Below, one piece after another: positions 35,601 to 46,392 of a stretch of 64,000 nt of DNA. Each line of letters begins with the position of its first letter. Position 1 is the first letter of the stretch. Both the position numbers and the translations under genes were made by a program. This DNA comes from Oopsacas minuta (lineage: Eukaryota; Animalia; Porifera): NCBI GenBank assembly GCA_024704765.1, contig JAKMXF010000022.1, positions 62,001 through 126,000 of the forward strand, written 5' to 3'. The notes under the pieces are model-generated. The model had not been told where the DNA came from and made no database searches. It saw nothing but the letters and a program-made list of their open reading frames with translations.

Positions 35601-38600
35601 ATCTTTAGTGTTCTTATCTCAACCAGTTTATTTGTTATATGTATCTATAGTGTAATAAGTATATAGTGGAAGGAATGCTACCAGTAAAGTTAGAAGATGC
35701 CATACTATTATCTGCTTTACAAATCTACATAGAAGTATGTTTCTGACGTTATAAGTTACTGATAACTTAACTAATTGCTTTCTTCTTGTAGACAGTAACT
35801 GAGAAAAAACAAAAGAAAGTATTTTCCCAAGAAAGGTAATACTTGCTCTATTTGATAGTTTATATATAACATACATGTTACTAATTGTGTACCTAACAGT
35901 ACCAAACTTAAGAATATAGTCCCAGCAGAGTTCATGAAAGTTAAGAACATTGGAAGGAGGTAATTCGTACTTTTAGTAACATTCTATTTTCTTTAAATAA
36001 GTCATCTGTACTGTTCTCTAGAATCAAAGATAAACATCTTGAATATACACGTCAACAGCTGAATGAGCGAGACAGTAAGCATCTCTATATACAGTACTGT
36101 CATGAACTACCAGGATTTGGATGTCAGTTCTTTGCCATAAAGGTTTGTGTACTAGTTTCCATCTCTAAACAATGTAATAACTTATATTATACTTTCTAAT
36201 AGGAGATCATCTTGAAGAGAAAATACTCGCCTGTACAATCCAGACTACTAGGCATAAGTTTTAACAAAATCGTTGTATTGGACATTCACACTAAGGTGAT
36301 CATTTAGTTGTTAGAGTATCTTATTTGAGCTAAATTAATACTCAATCTCTTCTATGCTATATTAGGATAGTTTGATAGAATTTCCTTTTTCCACTCTCAA
36401 GTCTTGGTTCCCTAACACAAATGACAAGACAATTGTTCTCACTTTTAAAAAGAGGAGATATCTCTTCCTGGTCCAAAACACAAGGTAACTAAGAAAATAG
36501 ATTATCCCTCAATCTCTTAGCTTATGAATAGAGTGTGTCATTTGGGATCTACAACAATAGAATAGGTCTATGGTACTGTAATAATATTATAATCATTGAA
36601 TATGTACGTCCGGTCCAGCACCCTTATAAACCCTTGTATCATATTAATATGTATATGGTAGCATTTACATATATTATGACATACAATATCTGCTGTCAGA
36701 TACAATAAAACTAGCTCTTATATTATCAGATATTGTTAGCTCTGATCTTCATCTGTATCCAGCATCATGTGAATAAACTCTTTATAATTGATCTGTCCAT
36801 CTCCATCTTGATCCGCCTCTCTGATTAAATCCTCTATCTCATCTTCTCCGAATTCCTCACCAATCTGTTTAAACATTTGCTTAAATTCTTCAGTTGTAAT
36901 GAATCCGTTACCATCTCTATCCAACTGCATGAATAAATCCATTATCTGTTCTCTCCAATTTGACTCGCTTAATCGCTGAGTAGCGAAGAGAATGAATTCG
37001 TCTTTATCCACTTTTCCGTTACCGTCAACATCCATCTCAGCTTGCAAAGCCGTGAGCTCATCTTCAGTTGGATGATACCCCATTCCTACGAGGAATTGAG
37101 CCATTTCTGGGATACACAGCTCGTCTCCATCACCCTGTATCGTTTGATTTAACTCCTCAACCATCAGTATGTCTTGTTTCAACTGTGGTCTCACTTGCTT
37201 TGATTTGGGGGCTGTGGCCATTCTACAACTAATTAGATTCTAACATCAATGGATTCAAGCATCAATTAATATAGAAACCAATTTGATTATAGTACATTAC
37301 TGACCACAAAGTGAGAAACTATTTTTTAATAATCCCAGATTAAGTAAGCAAAAATGGAATACAGACTTTTCGTAACAGACGTTTCGTGACGTGGACTTTT
37401 CGTGACGTATAGTAAGTTATGCATTGGACACATTCACCTATCGAGTCCATTCTCTTTTGGAACTCAAATTATTCTCAATTTACTATTTGTCACGAATTGT
37501 CCTGTCACGAATTGTCCTGTCACGAAAGTCTTATCACGAAAAGTCTGCATCCTGGAAAATATATGTCACGAATTATGCGAAATATTATTTAGTACTATAT
37601 CCAAATTGTTCTTTAAAGTAATTGAATGGAGACGGAGTGTAACTGTTATGACTTGATAATGGTAATGGTAATGGTAAGAGGGAGTCTTTCTTTTGCAATT
37701 CGTATGTATACTTTTCTTTGTTAAAGTATTTATTCTCAAATGTGATCTTAGTAAGACTGTCCCTGTCTCTAAATACACCATCTACTGTTATACGCCACAT
37801 AACCTTCTCAATCCCCCAAATAGTAAGCCATACGTCATCATCCTGTTTGAACTCGTACTTTTGACTCTTCTCTAATATAATAGATTCTGTACCAGACATG
37901 TTGTTAATCTGTATAAACTGATTACCGTGATTTTGTATAACCAGTCGACAGGGATGGTGAAGAAATTTGAGAATGAATTGTTGGCTTGACACATGTTGTT
38001 CTTTCATCAGAATGTGAACATCTGTCAATCTTCTCCCGAATATAATTTCATCTGTTGGTTGCAATGGAATATCATAAAACGGACACATGTAGTTCAGCAG
38101 GGACTTCAAATCCTCATGTATAGAAGACATATCGTGTCCTACAGCCAGATGTGTACCTATTACACATGTTATATCGGATTGATTGGGTCCTTTTCTTGGT
38201 CGTACTGTGTATGGCGCAAATTTTGGTGATACTATTTGTGGCTCTACTTCAAATTGTGTCTCAGTTTTATTTTGTGTTGAGTCATAAGGATTTTGCCTTC
38301 TAACTAGCTCTTGTATTGGAGGAATTTGTGAGGAACTAGGGTAGTGGGGGAATGGTTGGCTTTGAACCAAAAATATTTCTGGCTTTTCCAGAATGAATGA
38401 ATGTATTGGGAGCATAGATGGTATATAGTAGACATCTTCAGTTAAAAAAGATGGATTCTGTTTTCTTGAATCAAAAGTCATTTTGTCAAATATCTTGGTT
38501 ATATTGAAATACTTTAATTTATCCTACTAACTTTAAATATGAGCATACAATATCTTAATTATTGAAATTAATCCTATTCTTGTGAATCAAGGTATTCTAA

Positions 38601-40917
38601 TTTCTACGATTTGTGATTTATATACTTATACAAGTAATCATTTAATACACTTTCGTTACTAAAATTTTCCTTAGTGAATTCTACCTATTTATTCTGGTAG
38701 AAACTGCGTTTGCTACTTTCGCTACTTTCATTTGTTCATAGATTTCCCGGATACTTATGTAAAAAACCTTTACAGTATTCTGGACTTTCAATACTTTGAT
38801 CCTTATCAATTAATAATAGCATCATAACTACACCTTGGGGAAATCTATACTAAATTTCTTCATTTTGTAATAATAATTTCCCTATTTTGACCCATTTTAC
38901 GTATACTTACCTATACCTACTGGGAAATCATTAATGACCTTTCATACGTACTTGTATTACAACTAATTTACGTTTAGTGAAGTAACGGAGATCTCCAATG
39001 TGTTACAACAATGTGCTGATGAGCTAAATGTAAGTTAACTTCATAATTAATTACCCGTCGTGTAAGCCGATGATATACTGACTCAATTCTATGTAAATTT
39101 TCTCTTAGAACAGTCCAACAGTAGAGAAGAACCCTCTCTACACTTCATCAGAACAATCTCCTCGTGATAAGAAACCTTCAAGCTTGATAGTCCATGAAGA
39201 ATCTCCAATAAACAGGATGGCTGTAGACAATGCACCTACTAAAGCAAAGAAACATTCTAAAACACCTCAGTACCTCAGTACAGAGGAGATTGAGTCTAAC
39301 TCCTCCTCTATAGCTTCAGCATCCATATTGCCATCAGCTGAGGAGAGTTCTGATAACAATAGTACTTCATTTGATGAACTAGTAGCTTTAGCTACTGGAG
39401 TAACCCCTACAACTCTGTCATTCATGCACAACTCAGAAGGTACATATGCTACTCCTATACTGCATCAGGTAATCATATGTTAGCATACTATGATAACATA
39501 CTAACTAATACACATCATTCAGGTATCTTCTCGTACATCTCAAAATGGTATCAGTCGTAAGAAACCAAGAGTACAATCAGGGAATGGGTCATTAGATCCT
39601 AGTCCCTCTGGAATGAAGCGTATATCCAACAAGCTGTCTCCCAGACGCAAAGCTCGGTGTCTCTCCCCAAAAATCTCAGTTGGTAGGATTAGAAAGTACA
39701 GAAACAAAGAAGTAGACCTCACAACAGAGAGAGATATAATAGACTGGTTATCTCAAACAAGAACTTTTGATCCTTCTGAACAACAAACTGCTGCTAAAAA
39801 TGAGATTGAAGTGTTCGGAGGAGTCGGATTGGGTCGGCAGGTCTTCTGTAATTGTCCCCCAGATCCAGAGTTCTCCTCTAACCTTAAACTAAACCATATA
39901 TGGTATGTTAAGTGTCGTGCGTATTAATGATTCAGATATTATTCTGCCTAATTAATAGCTTGGAAGACTTGTTGCAAAGCCCGAGAGAACTTGCTCGACA
40001 GATCACCCTGCTAGACTTTGACCTCTTGAGCAGAATAACTCCTGAGGACTGTCTCAATTACGTCATACCGGAACAGAAGCGAGGTCCGAGAGAAGGCTTC
40101 AATGAGAAGGATGCTATGAAACTATTCGTGGACAAAGGAAATTTAGGAAAGTTAGCGTTTAGATTTGGTCAGCTGAGCTCTTGGGTAGCCAGCAGTGTAC
40201 TTCTGTTTGATGTTCTTGAGGACAGGACTGAAGCCCTTAGATTATTCATAAAAACCGCAATGGTCAGCTAATAGTCATATGTTTACTCATAATCACGTTA
40301 TTATTTATCAGCTGTTATATTAGGAGTGTTACCAGCTGAAGAACTACCATGCTGTACAAGCTATAGTGATAGGGGCACTCCAGTCCCCACCTATCAAACA
40401 CCTCGAGAAAACATGGGAGAGAATTCCAGCACCTTACAAAGATTTTATAGATGAAATCTCAGAGTTGTTTGAAGCAAAGAATAATTACACTAAATACAGA
40501 CAGTGTATTCAAACTACAGAAGTACCAGCTGTTCCCTTCTTCCTTCTATATATGAAGGATCTTACCTATATAGTGAATGCTAATCCAGATTATCTTAAGA
40601 GCGGGTTAATTAACTTTGATAAGCGGCGATTGATTTATGCTAGACTGGAAGAAATACAATATTTCCAGAGTCATAAGTATCAGCTGAAGAGAGTCCCAGA
40701 GATAAGAAGATATTTGTTTAATGCGCGTTTCATAGCACAAGAAAAGCTAGTACATGTTGCACATGAACTAGAGAGTCGTGACGGACGATCTGCAGGCTCT
40801 CAAGGGTCTCTCTATTCTGAAGGATCCTCCAGTAGAGAAGTAGCAAGTTTCTACGGAACAATATCCCGAAATATCACAAGGCGTGGGTTTTTTAATATAA
40901 AAAAAAGTAATAAATAA
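29639..40917 (+). CDS. Large multidomain Ras-family GEF of about 33 exons and about 2250 aa: PTB, ankyrin repeats, ARM-like repeats, REM, FERM F2/F3-like lobes, CDC25
   Basis: Hand-spliced with phase continuity. PTB: YELWYLGTKQV...HEVHVFQ...AQEVVLGLGLAFSEA. ANK: KDSSGNSLLHYA, GDKHGITPLHCAA. ARM-like exons 33398-34789. REM: VKGGTLEALVEVL, FLTTCRSF, VLRVVQSWLRNFPEDF. FERM: IVEGMLPVKLEDAILLSALQIYIE, YIQYCHELPGFGCQFFAIK, LLGISFNKIVVLD. CDC25: PRELARQITLLDF, LKNYHAVQAI, PAVPFFLLYMKDL, GLINFDKRR. Confidence 0.8.
36736..37221 (-). CDS. Calmodulin-like EF-hand protein, 161 aa, nested antisense in a RasGEF intron
   Basis: Three canonical EF loops (DVDGNGKVDKDE, DRDGNGFITTEE, DQDGDGQINYKE) with calmodulin spacing; the first loop is degenerate. 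Confidence 0.9.
   Translation of the reverse strand: MATAPKSKQVRPQLKQDILMVEELNQTIQGDGDELCIPEMAQFLVGMGYHPTEDELTALQAEMDVDGNGKVDKDEFILFATQRLSESNWREQIMDLFMQLDRDGNGFITTEEFKQMFKQIGEEFGEDEIEDLIREADQDGDGQINYKEFIHMMLDTDEDQS
37355..37578. mobile_element. Foldback/MITE-like element with inverted arrays of a TTCGTGAC-core repeat
   Basis: The left side carries GACTTTTCGTAAC, GACGTTTCGTGAC and GACTTTTCGTGAC. The right side carries the reverse complement GTCACGAA about five times, including the tandem unit TGTCACGAATTGTCC. The ends GGAATACAGACTTTTCGT and ACGAAAAGTCTGCATCC are near-complementary. Confidence 0.65.
37585..38481 (-). CDS. FHA-domain protein, TIFA-like, 298 aa, nested antisense in a RasGEF intron
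   Basis: LQPTDEIIFGRRLTDVHILMKEQHVSSQQFIL aligns by eye with the recalled TIFA segment [32 protein letters not shown]. Intronless ATG-to-stop ORF. Confidence 0.65.
   Translation of the reverse strand: MTFDSRKQNPSFLTEDVYYIPSMLPIHSFILEKPEIFLVQSQPFPHYPSSSQIPPIQELVRRQNPYDSTQNKTETQFEVEPQIVSPKFAPYTVRPRKGPNQSDITCVIGTHLAVGHDMSSIHEDLKSLLNYMCPFYDIPLQPTDEIIFGRRLTDVHILMKEQHVSSQQFILKFLHHPCRLVIQNHGNQFIQINNMSGTESIILEKSQKYEFKQDDDVWLTIWGIEKVMWRITVDGVFRDRDSLTKITFENKYFNKEKYTYELQKKDSLLPLPLPLSSHNSYTPSPFNYFKEQFGYSTK
38741..38929. promoter_or_regulatory. Cluster of four GGGAAATY motifs upstream of the TIFA-like gene
   Basis: GGGAAATC at 38741-38748 (reverse), 38838-38845 and 38922-38929; GGGAAATT at 38875-38882 (reverse). 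A regulatory role is inference. Confidence 0.35.
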
Positions 40918-41066
40918 TTTTAATACTGCATCGAATATACCTTATTTACTTGGTTACTCATTTGTTTGTTTTTGTAAAATAATATCGAATAAAAAAATTA
41001 TTTAGAAGTAAAAATACTTAATGTTATAAGGCTTAGTAGAAATTCTGGTCAATGGTATGTTCTACT

Positions 41067-42587
41067 TTATGATATCTTCTTCGCTATTTTCATAATGGTA
41101 GTCTTGACTTCCGAGTATTGCCTCAGACCCTCCTCTCCCATTTCTCTCCCTGTACCTGACATTTTGTAACCTCCAAATGGTGTATTTGCTAACGTGACGT
41201 CAAAACAGTTTATCCATACAGTTCCTGTCTTGAGACGACTTGATACGTACATAGCGTTTTCTATATCACGTGTAAACACTCCACCACCTAGTCCATATTT
41301 TGTATCATTGGCTCTTTCTATTGCTTCATCCATAGTCTTAAACTTGAAAATTGACTGGACAGGTCCGAATATCTCTTCACGGGCAATCTTCATATCATCT
41401 TGAACATTAGAGAAGATTGTTGGTTGAAGAAAATAACCTTTATCTCCGTGTCTACTTCCACCACATTCCAGCTTGGCTCCTTCTTTCTTCCCACTTTCTA
41501 TATGTTCTAGAATCTTCATCAGCTGTTCTTCACTCACTTGAGCCCCCATGGTTGTATCTGGATGAAACGGATCTCCGGTCTTAACCTTCATAGCTAGTTC
41601 TACCGATTTCCTAACAAATTCTTCGTATATTTCCTCTTGAACATAAGTCCTGGATCCAGATGAGCAGATCTCTCCTTGGTTATAAAACACAGTAGCTTGA
41701 CTTGTTTCTACAGCTGAGTCGATGTCTGCATCTTTGAGAATAATGTTAGGGCTCTTGCCTCCCATTTCTAAAGTTACATTCTTCAAGTTGGTTCTACCAG
41801 CTGCCTGCATGATCAAGTGTCCCACCTCAGTAGATCCTGTGAATGCTACCTTGTCGATTTCCATATGCTCTGAAATGGCAGCTCCAGCTGTCGGACCGTA
41901 TCCTGGAATTACATTAACCACGCCTGGAGGGAATCCCGCCTCTTTGATGAGGGAGGCTAGATAGAGTCCTGTGAGAGGAGTTTGTTCAGCTAATTTCAGA
42001 ATGACTACATTACCAGTAGTCAATGCGGGAGCCAGTTTCCATGCAGCCATTAGAAGCGGGAAGTTCCATGGGATTATCTGACCTACTATACCAATTGGTT
42101 CGTAATGTGTGTATGCAAAATAGTCACCATCCACTGGAATAGTTTTCCCTTCTATCTTATCTGACCAACCAGCGTAATACTCAAAACATTTTATCGTGTC
42201 ACTAATGTCATTTAGAGACTCTGCTAATGGCTTTCCATTGTCAAGCGTCTCAAGTTGTGACAAGTACTCACTGTCTCTTTCCACGAGTCTAGCAAGTTTT
42301 TGAATGAGTCTTCCCCTCTGTGAAGCGTCAGTTCGCCGCCAAACGCTGTTAAACTCGAAGGCTTGCTTCGCCGCTAAGACTGCCTTCTGGACATCTGCCT
42401 TCCTTCCTTCCTCAACATCACAGATTTTCTCTCCTGTTGCTGGGCAAAATGTAGGGAACTTGTTACCCTCAATTGATGGAACAAATTCATTATTGATAAA
42501 CAAGCTTGTGTACTTTATTGGTAAGTCTTTCTTTCCAAATAATTTGCATTGTGCCATCAATGATTCTGTTTGTTGTTTACTCGCCAT
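41067..42587 (-). CDS. Aldehyde dehydrogenase, ALDH1/2 family, intronless, 506 aa
   Basis: [41 protein letters not shown] (catalytic Glu), [13 protein letters not shown] (catalytic Cys), [20 protein letters not shown]. Confidence 0.96.
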   Translation of the reverse strand: MASKQQTESLMAQCKLFGKKDLPIKYTSLFINNEFVPSIEGNKFPTFCPATGEKICDVEEGRKADVQKAVLAAKQAFEFNSVWRRTDASQRGRLIQKLARLVERDSEYLSQLETLDNGKPLAESLNDISDTIKCFEYYAGWSDKIEGKTIPVDGDYFAYTHYEPIGIVGQIIPWNFPLLMAAWKLAPALTTGNVVILKLAEQTPLTGLYLASLIKEAGFPPGVVNVIPGYGPTAGAAISEHMEIDKVAFTGSTEVGHLIMQAAGRTNLKNVTLEMGGKSPNIILKDADIDSAVETSQATVFYNQGEICSSGSRTYVQEEIYEEFVRKSVELAMKVKTGDPFHPDTTMGAQVSEEQLMKILEHIESGKKEGAKLECGGSRHGDKGYFLQPTIFSNVQDDMKIAREEIFGPVQSIFKFKTMDEAIERANDTKYGLGGGVFTRDIENAMYVSSRLKTGTVWINCFDVTLANTPFGGYKMSGTGREMGEEGLRQYSEVKTTIMKIAKKIS

Positions 42588-43244
42588 TCAATGGTCACTA
42601 TAAAGAATGAACAAGTGTGTTGCTTGCTTAGCACTTTGGTTGTGTATTTACTCACAGTTCAGTTTTAAATTGGTTAGAGAGATCACTAATATTCTACAAT
42701 AGTAGTACACTTAATATTTGGATATTGTTGTTGTTGCATATTTAATTTGAAATATAATATTCCAAATATTTGTGAGCGTAATCATAGTGCATATATCCAC
42801 CCAGAATCCCAGGTGATCCATCTGTCTAGGTATGTGTATTGTAATGCTTGATAGTAATTACCGCTACGTACTGCTAGGAATGTTACTGATGGATTGAAAC
42901 AGTTACGAAGTGTTTTCATGGCGTTTATATCAGTATACAAGTCCTAAGCTTACCCCCTACCCAATTGTACCCAGATTGAGATTATAGTTTTATTGTTTAA
43001 AACATTTTTCCTCACGACAGAATAAGGTTAATATACAAATAGTAATATTATAAAGTAGACGAATTAAACTCATCACTTTTGCTCATTATAAATATCATAA
43101 CAATAAATTAAATATAAGTGTATAAACATACAAATGGTTAAACAGTCCTAAAAAAGTTGGGTGAGGTCAGAAGCAGGATTGCTTATATCATTTCAGTTTG
43201 TTTTCGTTGATCTTGAAGTAAGCTTATAGATTATTCCCAAACTT

Positions 43245-45325
43245 TCAGACACTTTTCCTACGAGAATATCCTATTAAGAGTATTTTGCCTGTAACCTCAA
43301 AGGCTAGCTTACTAAGCTTAGTATTTATAGTAATTTCACATAACTTACCTGTCAAGTAGCTAGTTATGCCTGATACCTTTTTCTTTGGCTCATACAAAGT
43401 TTCCCATAATTGTAGTGCATACCTGGATAAGATAATTATGTATTTAAGACTGCTCAAGCGTACTTAGGTTTATATGAAATATCAGATTATTTTTTCAGCA
43501 TTTATTTGTGGTTTGTAAGAGTAATTTTATCTCTTTTGAGTAAGATAACTTCAAAGAATGACATTTACAATCCAGAAACACCTTAATACTCCCATAAAAG
43601 ATTGATCATGTATTATACTGACAAATATGTTCTATTATTTTAGAAGTCTTATTGCTTGTCTAATTATCTATGAATATTCATATTTGTCTCAGCTTTTATT
43701 AATACTGAACTTTCTGTCTCGATTATATAATTTCCTACTCACTACCATTATATATAGTTAATTAGATTATTGATTAGCTAATATTTTGTCCTACCTTTGG
43801 CATTAGACAAGTTATTATCGCTATCATCATGCGACCTTCAAGCTCAAATCATCAATATATCATATATTCATGATTTAATGTATTTGGTTACAAAATATAT
43901 CTGTCACGCTACTCACCATATATATACATAATTTATTATACATCATGAGATATCCAGGTCCTCCCTGAAAATACATACTAAATTCTGGCTATAGATTTCT
44001 GCATTTATTAAATTCCTCAAAAATGCATATTCTGCTTTCAAGTTATGTTAAAAGCATTTAATTAGCAATCGAGTATACGAGTAAATAACGGGAATTATTG
44101 CCTACTATCAAATATCATTTGTTATGTCTATACTTTTGTACTTTTTGTATGAGATATAATTTCTTACCAATTCTTCCAAACGTGTATTGTCCCAACGATA
44201 CTGGTATCCGTAATATATTGGTAGCCTATTAGAGTAGATTAATTAGACAAATGTCAGATAGCAGGTTCGAATGAGATTTACCTTTTCGAATTATTGAGAA
44301 GGATCCTGTCTCTTCTTGTGGGCTAAAATCTTCTGGGTATTTGTATTCTTTTGTTGTGATTTCTGATTTTAATATTTCTAATAAGGTTCATATAAATACT
44401 TAATTACTTTAATTAAATATTTTAACCTACCTGGATGAGATTCAATAAATTTACGACAGTCCTCTTTTCCTTCTTTGAATAGTTGATCTAGTTTCTCAGC
44501 TGACATTGGAAATAGGGCACTGATTATCCTCCAGATATTGGTAAAGCTTATCTCTAGGGTGTGACCTGCCAGTTGCATTTTCGTAAAAGGAAATCTACTC
44601 GGCTCTGGGCAAATATCTATTTCTCCACAAAATGGAGCTACTGATATGTTGGGATCTTTACCACGTGGAAGATTATTTGAAAGGCCACCGTCGTAATAGA
44701 ACTAAAGGTCAATCACACTTAAACTATACTACATTTACTGTAAACTAATATATATTTATCGCTTACCTCTCCTCGATACTCTGGGAACTTCCATCCTGCA
44801 TAGCCGGGCACGTAAGATGAAGCTATCATTGCCTATAAAAGTATTAATTTATTAGAAATCATTACTTTAATTGCATTAATTATATTTTGTAAAATTATAT
44901 TTAATTACCGAAATCAATTCTTCCTTAGAATCAAATTTGGATATAATTTCATTCGAATAAGGAAATTTTGTGCAGGATATGAATAATTTGTCAGTAGCGA
45001 TTTCGTGTGCATTTGGTGGTAATAGGCTATCAAGGTTCTTTCGAAGTGCATCAGAAAAATTGACTGAGTGATTAAGAGGTCCACCCCAAATTTCACTTAG
45101 TTCAACAACCACTTCCTTCACGATCCCTAAGCACTCACTCATCTGCTTATCACATAGTACCATCATGCCTACCAAACACCCTGCTGAACACCCGTATATC
45201 TTGTCGACCCTCTCTCTCAGGTTAGGAATATAACTTCTTAGACAGTCAACTACTCCTAAATGGTATATTCCGAGAAACCCACATCCTGAGAATGTAAGCT
45301 GCAAATTCTTATTCAGTGATGACAT
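43245..45325 (-). CDS. Patatin-like phospholipase (PNPLA2/ATGL-like); exons 45325-44909, 44832-44767, 44701-44431, 44377-44282, then small 3' exons of uncertain structure
   Basis: FSGCGFLGIYHLGV, GCSAG (GxSxG) and YYDGGLSNNLP joined by in-phase GT-AG introns. The 3' boundary is approximate. Confidence 0.8.
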
Positions 45326-46392
45326 TTTCACTAAAATCCATACAAAAGAATGAATGTTATAAATACTTATAAAGTTTATCTTCTTTCGAACTGTTATTTT
45401 ACTCTAATCATTTATCATACATAGACTAGTAAATTCATTTGTCCTTACCATCAAATGAAATTCTTTGGTTTTATGCTTCAAAGAAGATAAAGCTTGAAAT
45501 TCGACTCTATGGTATCCTCTCCCACTTTTTAGTTGTTCTTAACGCAACAGAGGAATGTATAACCACAGGTATTTGGAATTTTAAGAATTTGCTATTTTAT
45601 AATGGCTTTGCAGATCATAGAAATTGGCCTAATTAGGGAATATACTGATTCTACTAAGAAATCAGTGCTAGCACTAGTTTTATACTTGCCTAGAGCGAGA
45701 GCGAGTTTCCCCAATATAATGGGCGATGTACAACCAGCTAGTCTTTCTTACACTCTGCAAAACTTGTATTGCATTAGGTATATATATGGTAACGCATATG
45801 ATTACCCTCCTCTGCACCTTATACATTTACTGGTAATTAGATTGATTAGTGTATTACTTTTGAACTCTAATGTTTGGTAATCATGATCATGTTGTCTAGA
45901 TTTACAAAAAGCTAGAAGTATATAGTGATTGTAGTACTTGTATAATAGTATTATCTATATTTTAATCTACATAAAATAGAGGATTTTACCAGCTTTTTGG
46001 GGTAAGTATGTACTTTTTGAAATTAATTATTAAATATGTACAATTATATAAATTAAATTTCCACAAAAATAATTTGACTTACCTTGATTGCTTTAGAATA
46101 TTTTGGATAAATCTCTTTTTCTGAACTTTTTCATTTCATATCAATCCATGCCTTTTATAGTAGAGTTTGCTATTACACCGCTTCCTCCACTTCCTATATC
46201 TCTCAGCTCTGTCGTTGTATAGAAATACTACTTACAGTGTGCAGCATTTATCACTAATATTCTATTTTGTAAATGGTATAAACGCTAAGCATGTACATAA
46301 AAGAGAAATAAATTAACACCAAATCTATCATTTTATTGTCGTCATTAAAGCTAGACGACACTTAATAAAATTAGTTTGAATTTTATTATCAA

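Noticed and set aside
37489-37540. Short direct repeats as a CRISPR array
   Set aside because: Units of about 15 nt are contiguous with no unique spacers, the context is eukaryotic, and the inverted copies indicate a foldback element.
44255-44285. GGTTCGAAT, resembling a tRNA T-loop
   Set aside because: The flanks do not pair as a T-stem and no cloverleaf can be built; it lies in a PNPLA intron.
45439-45880. Short + strand ORFs between PNPLA and MFS
   Set aside because: No ATG-initiated, phase-consistent exon chain and no recognisable motif could be built.
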